A stretch of DNA of 24,396 nucleotides from Chlamydiota bacterium. GTDB taxonomy: Bacteria > Chlamydiota > Chlamydiia > Chlamydiales > SM23-39. Shown here piece after piece: positions 16,940-24,396 of this stretch. The notes under the pieces are model-generated. The model searched no databases. It was not told the DNA's origin and saw only the letters and a program-made list of their open reading frames with translations. Both the position numbers and the translations under genes were made by a program. Each line of letters starts with the position of its first letter. The first letter of the stretch is position 1. Where the stretch lies: NCBI GenBank assembly GCA_048498835.1, contig JBEHXF010000028.1, positions 1-24,396 of the forward strand, in the 5' to 3' direction.

Positions 16940-17722
16940 TCAGAATCTTAAATCGCCAGAAATAGTGACCGCTTCCTCGTCAACCAATCTTCCTTCGACA
17001 TTGAGCATAAAATAACGGCCCGTGCTCAGTGTGCAGCCGATAAAAACACCCACTGGGGTTCTATTCTTAAAGCTATTATTTCCTGAACCATTATTGGAGA
17101 TCGGAACAGTGAAATCGCCTACCTTTACTTTGGCATTCGAATATTTCAAACCTACATAAGGAGTAAAAATCTCAATCTTAAAAGAGAGGTCAAGGTCAAT
17201 CTGCCATTCTCTCCATAAAAGGTGCGTCCCATTGGTTGGTTGAGAAGCGCCATCAATCGTCAACCATACATTGGAGTAATCGGAATGCTCGTATCTACCG
17301 CCGAGACTTAGAGAAGTACAGCCCCATTCAAAGAGGATTCCGCGCGCACCCACACCCCACAAAAAGTTATAAAACGTCTCTAACTCAGCTAAACTCGTGC
17401 TATTGTCAATGGTAAAACGCCATTCCGAAGAGACGCGAGAAGAACCCAAGATGCCAAAAATATCGAGTCGGTCAAGAATATTTAGTGTCACTGTGCCCGA
17501 ATTCGTATTTTGCTCGTAACTATCCACTCGCCCCGAGCTTTGATTGTACTGCTCGAGTCGCCCATCCGCAACAAAGTCTCCCTCATATCCAGCTCTTAGA
17601 TCGACCCAGCTATCGCGAGAAATAAAAAAGCCCTCTTCAATGACTTGAGGAGCCGAAGGATTTCCAACTGGAGCACAAAACAGTCTCGCCGAAAGTGCGA
17701 GCAATAGCGCTGTTTTTTTCAT
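16940..17722 (-). CDS. MOMP-like outer-membrane protein, paralog 1 (260 aa)
   Basis: APVGNPSAP, LRAGYEGDFVAD, LNILDRLDIFGILG, WGVGARGILFEWG, WREWQIDL.LS, FTPYVGLKYS, VEGRLVDEEA...LRF are MOMP-family motifs; SD GGAGG. Confidence 0.9.
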   Translation of the reverse strand: MKKTALLLALSARLFCAPVGNPSAPQVIEEGFFISRDSWVDLRAGYEGDFVADGRLEQYNQSSGRVDSYEQNTNSGTVTLNILDRLDIFGILGSSRVSSEWRFTIDNSTSLAELETFYNFLWGVGARGILFEWGCTSLSLGGRYEHSDYSNVWLTIDGASQPTNGTHLLWREWQIDLDLSFKIEIFTPYVGLKYSNAKVKVGDFTVPISNNGSGNNSFKNRTPVGVFIGCTLSTGRYFMLNVEGRLVDEEAVTISGDLRF

Positions 17723-17780
17723 TTATTCCTCCAGTCCATGCTAATTGCATAGCAGATGTTAAGAAAAAAGAAAAAGACTT

Positions 17781-20405
17781 TCAGGCGTATTGAAAAGGGA
17801 GATGGTAACAAATCCAGTTACCACCACCTTGTTGATCAAACCAATGGCTTAAAGGCATTCCCTTCAAAGACAAACGAGAAAAACGCCATACATCAACCCG
17901 TCCCGAAGGGGAAACCGCTAAAGCAAAACAACTCACAATCCAATTGGTATCACCAAACACGATGGGTGCTGGAGCAGCAAAACCTTTACTGCGTAATTCC
18001 TCGATGAGCAAAGCATCCATATCCATTTCGGTAAACGGCGTGTCAATGATACGCAAAAGCTCTTTTTTTATTCTCTCTTGTAAAGCCAAAGGAGTCCAGA
18101 AACGCTGTTTAGAAAAGTTCAAAGGAAATGATCCAAGCCCAAGTCTCATCCCTACTCGATCTGCACACATCGCGCACGCATCTGCTTGCATCAAAGGTGT
18201 AGAATGATACAAAAATCCATCGACTGTCTCACTTCGCGCTTCTTGGCCATCGATTAGATATCTCCTCAAAGAGGCAATATTCCCAGCTGACCCTCTCTGT
18301 CTTTGACGATGTAGAAACAGGGGTCGTTCTTCATTTGGGAGTGTTTCTGAAAATAGTTCGATCAAATATTCTTCTTCTTCGCTACTCAGGCTCCTGTCTT
18401 GCCAAAATGCCCTCATCTGTTCCATAGCTACATGAACGTTTTCTGGCATCCATTCAGGTCGAAAAAGAAAAGCATGGGTGGGCGACTGCATAAGAATCGG
18501 TCCTGGTGAGACCAATTGTCGACAATTCTCTAGGAAATCAAGGCACTCTTCTGGGCGTTCAATCTTTTGCTCATAGATTGAAAATGGCTCTGCTCTTTGA
18601 TAGTAGGCCATGAGCAAAGTCTGCATCGTACCACCAGAGCTATACTCCCATGGTTTTTTATATCCTTTATCTAAATGGCCATTTTTTTTGGCGCGAAGTA
18701 ATGTTCCTTCGAGATATTCAGGAGTTTGGATAAAACGGATGATCTCTCTGGATAAGCTAACTAAAACGGCTTCTAATTCTGGTTTTTGTCTTACTAACTC
18801 AAATTCTTGCGCGCTGAAAAATTCAACCAAGCTATTGATAAAATCTTTTTCGTCATAAATAAAGGTCCAAACTGCGCTATTGGATCGTCCATGCTTATAG
18901 GCTAAGCGGAATCCCGCTGTACTATCATCCACAATCTCTTCCACTCTTTGTGCAAGGGCGGGATCGAATACCTCCTGAAATAATTCTGGTATCGAATGGA
19001 TATAAGCATTGATCAAAAAGGGGAACAAATTAGCTAGTTGCTCAGATTTGCCGATTTCCTCATCCCAAATTCGCTTTGCGCTTTGGGCGGAATAAATGGC
19101 TGTTGCCCACTCAGATTTTAATTGCTGACGCTGGGCCTCGTTCACCGATCGTTCAAAAACCGCTTCAATTGCGTCAGCTGCCCGATTGGCCCTCTCATAC
19201 TCTTCTTTCAAAGATTGCAAATGCTGATTTACGATTTGTAGCTTTTCGTTGATTTGCGAATAGAGAAAAGCTCCTATTCCACCGGGTTGCTCAGGATGTA
19301 AACCCAGACTCACATAGAGATTCCAGCGAGCAAAATCAATCTTCGCGTCGCTAAATGAGGCAAGTGTTGACTCCCACGCTCGTAGCATAGAACAATCGGC
19401 TAGCGCCTGAAAAGCTGAAAAAGCCAATGTTACTTTCTCTTTCCAGTCAGCTACTTTCTTTGTTCTTGGACTCTCGCGCTGATAATGAATCGCTGACTGC
19501 CGGGCGAGAAGATCTTTCATCTGCAATCGCTCTGCCATTTCCTCTTCTTCCAGATCCTTGCTATCAAGCCCAACGAAGCGAAGCAATACTCCCTCGATCA
19601 ATTCTTTGGCCGTCCGAGCCCCCTCAATTTTGCCAAGCCACTGTCGCAATTGCTCTTCACGATTTCCACCAGACAATACCCCGCTGACTGCAAAAGCAGC
19701 TTGCAATCCAGGAGAGTATGGCAATAGATCAAAAGAATAAAGGGGACGAAGTAGGTCAGAATGAACAGAAGCTGGGCAAAGAGGGACGCTATACTCTTTT
19801 CCTTCAATTACCCGACTGAGCTTTCCTCGGGTTAAAAGGTCTTGCAAGTCTTGCAAAAAACGGAGAGGCTGCTGTTCCTGCACCAAGATGGCAGGAGCTG
19901 TGGCAAAACAAGAGCCGGTGATCTGTCGAAGCCAGGTAAACCAAGCCGTCAAGATGGCCCGTAGTAGGTGCGATGTCCGAATCTGCTTGATGGAGGCTGG
20001 CCATAAAGTTTGCTTAACGACCGCTTCTGCTAATCGATTGCAAACGGGAGGGGCAAAAGTCTGGATTTTTTTTTGAATCCTTCCATCTTCAATCAAATGA
20101 TTCAAGCATAAAGCGACATGGTTAAAAATAAAATTATCATCCGACAATCCCAGCAAAAAAGGGGCGCGCAGCAATTCTTCTCGAAATTGAGCCGCCAACT
20201 CCAAGTCGATCTGCCCCTCTTCGCTAACCAAAGCCTCAGCAATCGACCGAGCTATAAAGCAAGATCGAAAGCGTAGTCCATCTTGGATGGGACAAATTTC
20301 CATTTTACGAGAAATCTCTGCCAAACGGGCGAAATCGACCGCTTTGAGGAGAGGGGTAGGAGGGGCGCGCCGCAAGGCGGAAATTAAATCTGTCCAGAGG
20401 TCCAC
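17781..20405 (-). CDS. Conserved chlamydial hypothetical protein (CT590-like, 874 aa); candidate papain-fold cysteine hydrolase
   Basis: LRQITGSCFATAPAIL...FLQDLQDLL..GKLSR, PWEYSSGGTM, SPTHAF and GDTNW resemble C. trachomatis CT590 as recalled; GTG start. Confidence 0.75.
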   Translation of the reverse strand: MDLWTDLISALRRAPPTPLLKAVDFARLAEISRKMEICPIQDGLRFRSCFIARSIAEALVSEEGQIDLELAAQFREELLRAPFLLGLSDDNFIFNHVALCLNHLIEDGRIQKKIQTFAPPVCNRLAEAVVKQTLWPASIKQIRTSHLLRAILTAWFTWLRQITGSCFATAPAILVQEQQPLRFLQDLQDLLTRGKLSRVIEGKEYSVPLCPASVHSDLLRPLYSFDLLPYSPGLQAAFAVSGVLSGGNREEQLRQWLGKIEGARTAKELIEGVLLRFVGLDSKDLEEEEMAERLQMKDLLARQSAIHYQRESPRTKKVADWKEKVTLAFSAFQALADCSMLRAWESTLASFSDAKIDFARWNLYVSLGLHPEQPGGIGAFLYSQINEKLQIVNQHLQSLKEEYERANRAADAIEAVFERSVNEAQRQQLKSEWATAIYSAQSAKRIWDEEIGKSEQLANLFPFLINAYIHSIPELFQEVFDPALAQRVEEIVDDSTAGFRLAYKHGRSNSAVWTFIYDEKDFINSLVEFFSAQEFELVRQKPELEAVLVSLSREIIRFIQTPEYLEGTLLRAKKNGHLDKGYKKPWEYSSGGTMQTLLMAYYQRAEPFSIYEQKIERPEECLDFLENCRQLVSPGPILMQSPTHAFLFRPEWMPENVHVAMEQMRAFWQDRSLSSEEEEYLIELFSETLPNEERPLFLHRQRQRGSAGNIASLRRYLIDGQEARSETVDGFLYHSTPLMQADACAMCADRVGMRLGLGSFPLNFSKQRFWTPLALQERIKKELLRIIDTPFTEMDMDALLIEELRSKGFAAPAPIVFGDTNWIVSCFALAVSPSGRVDVWRFSRLSLKGMPLSHWFDQQGGGNWICYHLPFQYA

Positions 20406-20435
20406 AAACTACTCTTACAAGAAAATTCTTTGGAA

Positions 20436-20452
20436 TGTAAAGCCGTTTTACA
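20436..20452. repeat. 17-bp palindrome copy 3: TGTAAAGC-C-GTTTTACA
   Basis: One mismatch from the consensus; in the divergent CT590-like / thrS intergenic region. Confidence 0.75.
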
Positions 20453-20514
20453 CAAGTCCGTTTCCAGTATTTGCCAGATATTGTAAGCTAGATAGAGTTT
20501 TTAGAGGTTCTTCC

Positions 20515-22437
20515 ATGAAAATCAAAGTTAAAGATAAGCACATCGAACTCCCCGACGGCATTTCAGCTAAAGAAGCCGCTGAAAAACTCCACCTGACAGC
20601 TCCCGACCAAGCCGTGGCGGTCAGCATCAATGGAAAACCCAAAGATCTCACCACGATCCTACAAGACGGCGACGAAGTCCGCTTCTGGAACTTCGACGAT
20701 CCAGAAGGACGCGAAGTATTCTGGCACACTTCTGCACACGTACTTGCACAGGCAATTCTCCGTCTTTGGCCCAATGCTCAGCCAACGATCGGCCCTCCTC
20801 TTGAACAGGGGTTTTATTATGATTTCGGCAATTTGACAATCTCCGACCAAGATTTTGCTAAAATTGAAGAGCAAGTAGAAACGATCATAGCTGAAAATCA
20901 CAAAACAGAACGCTCCGAATTCGCCAACAAAGAAGAGGCGAAAACAGCCTTTGCCCACAATCCATATAAACGGGAATTAATCGATAGTTTTGAAGAAACC
21001 CCTATTTCCGCTTATCGTCAAGGTGAGTTCATCGACCTTTGCCGCGGACCTCACATGGCCGCCCTCGGCAAAATCAAAGCATTTAAAATCCTTAAAACAT
21101 CTGGTGCATATTGGCGCGGCGATTCGAATCGAGAAATGCTCACCCGTATTTATGGCATTTCTTTCCCAGATAAAAAGCGGATGAAGGACTATATCCTGTT
21201 TCTAGAAGAAGCCAAAAAACGAGACCACAAAACACTCGGCGCAGCCCTTGATCTCTTCTCTTTTAAAGAAGAAGCTCCCGGCATGCCATTCATCCATCCG
21301 CGTGGGTTGATCATTTGGAATCGCCTTCTCGATTTTCTTCGCGACACCCTTAAAGAAGGGGGTTACGTCGAAATCAAAACGCCTTCGATGATGAGCAAAG
21401 AACTATGGGAGCGTTCTGGCCACTGGTTCCACTACCGGGAAAACATGTATACTTCTCAAGTCGAAGATCGAGAATATGCGATTAAGCCGATGAATTGCCC
21501 TGGTTGCATGCTTTATTTCAAATCAGCCACTCACAGTTATCGAGAATTGCCTCTGCGCGTCGCAGAAATCGGTCACGTTCATCGCTTTGAAGCATCAGGC
21601 GCCTTAAACGGTCTTTTCCGCGTTCGAAGCTTTCACCAAGACGACGCTCACATGTTCATGCGTCCCGATCAAATCAGAGATGAGATCAACCACATTCTTC
21701 AACTCGCTGATATGATTTATATGACCTTTGGACTCTCTTATAAGCTCGAGCTTTCCACTCGTCCAGAAAAAGGGAAGACAATCGGGTCAGATGAAGAGTG
21801 GGATAATGCGACAAACGGCCTGAAAGGAGCTCTCGACGATTGGGGCCACTCCTACCGGGTGAATGAAGGCGATGGAGCTTTCTATGGTCCTAAGATCGAT
21901 ATTCACATCCGCGATGCTCTAGGTCGCCACTGGCAGTGCGGAACGGTTCAGCTCGATATGGCGCTTCCACAGAAATTCGAACTTGAATACGTAGACAACG
22001 ACGGAAGCCATAAACGCCCAGTTATGCTTCACCGCGCGCTCTTTGGATCAATTGAGCGTTTCTTCGGTATTTTGGTGGAGCACTTTGGCGGCAAATTCCC
22101 ATTCTGGCTCAGCCCTTACCAAATTCGCATTCTAACCGTTGCGGATCGACACATACCTTACGCAGAAGAATTAGCAAAAAAATTCAAAGCCAAGGGATTT
22201 GTGTGTGATATCGATGATTCAAATGAATCGGTTGGAAAAAAAGTGCGCACCGCTCAACTGCTCAAGACAAATTACATGCTTACCATTGGCGATAAAGAGA
22301 TCGAAAATAAAACAGCCGCTCTCCGTACACGCGACAATGTGGTGCATGGCGAGATTGACATTTCAGATTTTCTTGCTAAAGTCGAAAAGGAACGGGACAC
22401 ACGGGCTCTGATGTCGCCCTATTCTACAGCCCTCTAG
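20515..22437 (+). CDS. thrS: Threonyl-tRNA synthetase (640 aa)
   Basis: Start re-called to ATG 20515 (SD GAGGT at 20504-20508). TGS domain, FWHTSAHVLAQA, DLCRGPH, RDHKTLG, KPMNCPG, FHQDDAH, AFYGPKID, QCGTVQLD, HRALFGSIERF. Confidence 0.99.
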   Translation: MKIKVKDKHIELPDGISAKEAAEKLHLTAPDQAVAVSINGKPKDLTTILQDGDEVRFWNFDDPEGREVFWHTSAHVLAQAILRLWPNAQPTIGPPLEQGFYYDFGNLTISDQDFAKIEEQVETIIAENHKTERSEFANKEEAKTAFAHNPYKRELIDSFEETPISAYRQGEFIDLCRGPHMAALGKIKAFKILKTSGAYWRGDSNREMLTRIYGISFPDKKRMKDYILFLEEAKKRDHKTLGAALDLFSFKEEAPGMPFIHPRGLIIWNRLLDFLRDTLKEGGYVEIKTPSMMSKELWERSGHWFHYRENMYTSQVEDREYAIKPMNCPGCMLYFKSATHSYRELPLRVAEIGHVHRFEASGALNGLFRVRSFHQDDAHMFMRPDQIRDEINHILQLADMIYMTFGLSYKLELSTRPEKGKTIGSDEEWDNATNGLKGALDDWGHSYRVNEGDGAFYGPKIDIHIRDALGRHWQCGTVQLDMALPQKFELEYVDNDGSHKRPVMLHRALFGSIERFFGILVEHFGGKFPFWLSPYQIRILTVADRHIPYAEELAKKFKAKGFVCDIDDSNESVGKKVRTAQLLKTNYMLTIGDKEIENKTAALRTRDNVVHGEIDISDFLAKVEKERDTRALMSPYSTAL

Positions 22438-22453
22438 AAAGAAGGAAATTCGC

Positions 22454-23206
22454 ATGGTTACGATTTGCGTTAGTAGCTTCAAAGGCGGAACCGCCAAAAC
22501 TTCGACCTCGCTTCATATCGGATCGGCCCTTTGCCGTTTTCACAAGAAGCGAGTACTTTTAATCGACTTTGATGCGCAGGCAAATCTGACCACTGGACTC
22601 GGATTTGATCCAGATGAACAAGACAGCATGGCACCTGTTTTACAAGGTGAAAAAAATATTCAGGAAGTGATTTTAGAGACGTGCATTCCAAACATGCACA
22701 TCATTCCGGCCGATACTTGGTTAGAACGGGTAGAAGTTTCAGGATCGCTTGCTGCGGATCGTTATTCACATGAGCGCTTAAAAGAAATTCTGCGTCCACT
22801 TGATTACGATTTTATTTTAATCGATACACCTCCTTCTCTTTGTTGGTTAACTGAATCTTCTCTCATCGCTTCACAATTTTCTCTGGTTTGCGCAACACCT
22901 GAATTTTATAGCGTTAAAGGTCTGCAACGACTTTCTCTTTTTATTAATAATATTTCTGAAAGACACGATACAAAAATTCTAGGAGTTGCACTCTCATTTT
23001 GGAATCCGAGAGGCAAGAGTAACGATGCATTTTTAAATGTGATTGAAGAAACATTTCCAGGAAAACTCTTGCAAGCAAAAATCAGACGCGATATCGCAGT
23101 ATCTGAGGCCACCATATATGGCAAACCGATTTTCGACACGGCACCAAAAAGCCGCGCGTCGCTCGACTACATGGCCCTCACACAAGAAATTTTAAAGAGG
23201 ACGTAG
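22454..23206 (+). CDS. parA: ParA-family ATPase (chromosomal pGP5-D-like / CT582-like)
   Basis: Deviant Walker A FKGGTAKTST, IDFDAQANLT, DFILIDTPPSL; located between thrS and a pGP6-like gene as in Chlamydia. Confidence 0.92.
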   Translation: MVTICVSSFKGGTAKTSTSLHIGSALCRFHKKRVLLIDFDAQANLTTGLGFDPDEQDSMAPVLQGEKNIQEVILETCIPNMHIIPADTWLERVEVSGSLAADRYSHERLKEILRPLDYDFILIDTPPSLCWLTESSLIASQFSLVCATPEFYSVKGLQRLSLFINNISERHDTKILGVALSFWNPRGKSNDAFLNVIEETFPGKLLQAKIRRDIAVSEATIYGKPIFDTAPKSRASLDYMALTQEILKRT

Positions 23207-23209
23207 CGT

Positions 23210-23956
23210 ATGTCAAAATTTAATGATCTGCTCAATCTCCGATTCAAAACTAAGGAAACGCAGCAGCCTAAAATGACGGCGCTCGTCGAGCGTTCGAATA
23301 ATGGCGATCTATCGAGTTTTTCTGGCGTATTTCGCATTTCAGCCCTCAATGATAAGGAGAAAGCTGACCTCGAGCAAATTTTAAAAAGTTTCCGCTTAAC
23401 AGATACTTATGATGTCGATTCCGATTTAAAAGCTCTCACAGCGATCACTTCTGAAGTGAAGGCTATCACGAATCAAGCGGTGATTTTGCACGGCGAAAGA
23501 ATTAAGCGGGCACAAGATATCCTCAAAAAATACCGCGACGGCGCCTTCACTGCATGGCTTTTTGCTACCTACGGCAATCGCCAAACGCCATATAATTTCC
23601 TCCAATATTATGAATTTCATATGGCTATGCCGCAACCTCTGCATGCTAAAATCGACCAGATGCCGCGCCAAGCTGTGTACAGCCTAGCCTCGCGACAAGG
23701 CCCTATGGAGAAGAAAGAGGCGATTGTTCGCAATTACAACGGACAGGCGAAACAAGAGCTCCTCTCGCTCATTCGGTTAGAATTTCCACTTGCAGAAGAT
23801 GATAAGCGTCATCCTAATTACGCATCGCATGCAATTAACTTCCTGAAAAGAGCGCGCGAAATGGTGAAAAATCCTCTTTGCGTTCCATCAGAAGTAGAGA
23901 AAAAACAGCTTCAGCAATTGCTGACGCAGCTCAACTCTTTATTAGAGAAACGATAA
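23210..23956 (+). CDS. pGP6-D-related protein (CT583 family)
   Basis: EVKAITNQAVILHGERIKRAQDILKKYRDGAFTAWL..TYGNRQTPYNFLQYYEF...MPRQAVYSLASRQG is the pGP6-D family signature as recalled; 3 nt after parA. Confidence 0.92.
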   Translation: MSKFNDLLNLRFKTKETQQPKMTALVERSNNGDLSSFSGVFRISALNDKEKADLEQILKSFRLTDTYDVDSDLKALTAITSEVKAITNQAVILHGERIKRAQDILKKYRDGAFTAWLFATYGNRQTPYNFLQYYEFHMAMPQPLHAKIDQMPRQAVYSLASRQGPMEKKEAIVRNYNGQAKQELLSLIRLEFPLAEDDKRHPNYASHAINFLKRAREMVKNPLCVPSEVEKKQLQQLLTQLNSLLEKR

Positions 23957-23966
23957 TCCCAGCCTC

Positions 23967-24396
23967 ATGAATTCAAGTGCGCGCCACGAAGTGTATGTTA
24001 GTCCTTTTTCGGCGCGCTACTGCAGCCCTGAAATTTCTTATCTTTTTTCCTCTCACTGGAAAATTAAAACTTACAGACAGCTTTGGGTGGCTCTAGCAAA
24101 AGCTCAAGCCAATCTCGGCCTCTCTATTTCAAAGGCTCAAATTGCCGAATTAGAAGCGAGCGTCGCTCAGATCGACTTTGAAAAAATACACGAATATGAA
24201 AAAAAATTCCGCCATGACATCATGGCGCATATTCATGCCTTTGGCGACTTATGCCCCACAGCAAAAGGAATCATCCACCTCGGGGCTACTTCATCTTACG
24301 TTACAGACAACGCCGATCTCATTCAACTAAAGCAAGCCCTGGGTATCCTTTTTCAAAAACTACTTCAAATCATCGATAAATTGGCTCAGCTTGCAG
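23967..24396 (+). CDS. purB: Adenylosuccinate lyase, 5' part (truncated by the window; not in the ORF track)
   Basis: From ATG 23967: MNSSARHEVYVSPFSARYCSPEISYLFS...RQLWVALAKAQ...EKKFRHDIMAHIHAFGDLCPTAKGIIHLGATSSYVTDNADLIQ...; RHD and HLGATS are adenylosuccinate lyase motifs. Confidence 0.93.
   Translation, partial: MNSSARHEVYVSPFSARYCSPEISYLFSSHWKIKTYRQLWVALAKAQANLGLSISKAQIAELEASVAQIDFEKIHEYEKKFRHDIMAHIHAFGDLCPTAKGIIHLGATSSYVTDNADLIQLKQALGILFQKLLQIIDKLAQLA

Noticed and set aside
820..18100. Half-sites of the palindrome (GCTTTACA at 829-836; TGTAAAGC near 7184, 9626 and 18080)
   Set aside because: Only one arm is present, so they were not counted as copies without a genome-wide model.
942..20452. 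Palindrome as canonical parS, CIRCE, TyrR box or CRISPR repeat
   Set aside because: The sequence differs from parS and CIRCE, the spacer is N5 rather than TyrR's N6, and the copies are dispersed rather than arrayed with spacers.
20287..20514. 76-aa N-terminal extension of ThrRS
   Set aside because: It overlaps the divergent gene; the SD and TGS domain begin at ATG 20515.
22454..23956. Recently integrated plasmid or mobile element
   Set aside because: Chromosomal pGP5/pGP6 homologs after thrS are a conserved chlamydial arrangement; no integrase, helicase, iterons or att sites were seen.

Overview
Mostly core-genome segment of a Chlamydiota (Chlamydiae) chromosome, most likely an environmental, non-Chlamydiaceae lineage. 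The lineage call is inferred from recognisable chlamydial families: MOMP-like porins, CT623-like and CT590-like proteins, and thrS-parA(pGP5-like)-pGP6-like synteny. Left to right: 3' end of an Ig-like-domain protein; an orphan ORF with a probable in-frame stop; rpoD (sigma66); a CoiA-family nuclease; two small membrane proteins; rpsT; a compact recC-recB-recD operon; a divergent LplT/YgeD-type MFS transporter with a degenerate acyltransferase-like tail; a small secreted protein; three outer-membrane beta-barrel genes (CT623-like plus two short MOMP-like paralogs); a CT590-like protein with a candidate papain-type Cys/His/Asn triad; thrS; parA; a pGP6-D-like gene; and the 5' part of purB, which is absent from the ORF track. 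No tRNA, rRNA, CRISPR or mobile element was seen. The most striking unexplained signal is a 17-bp palindrome, TGTAAAGC-N-GCTTTACA, present three times (942-958, 12354-12370, 20436-20452), each within about 60 bp of a gene start. Family assignments come from motif recognition from memory, not database searches.
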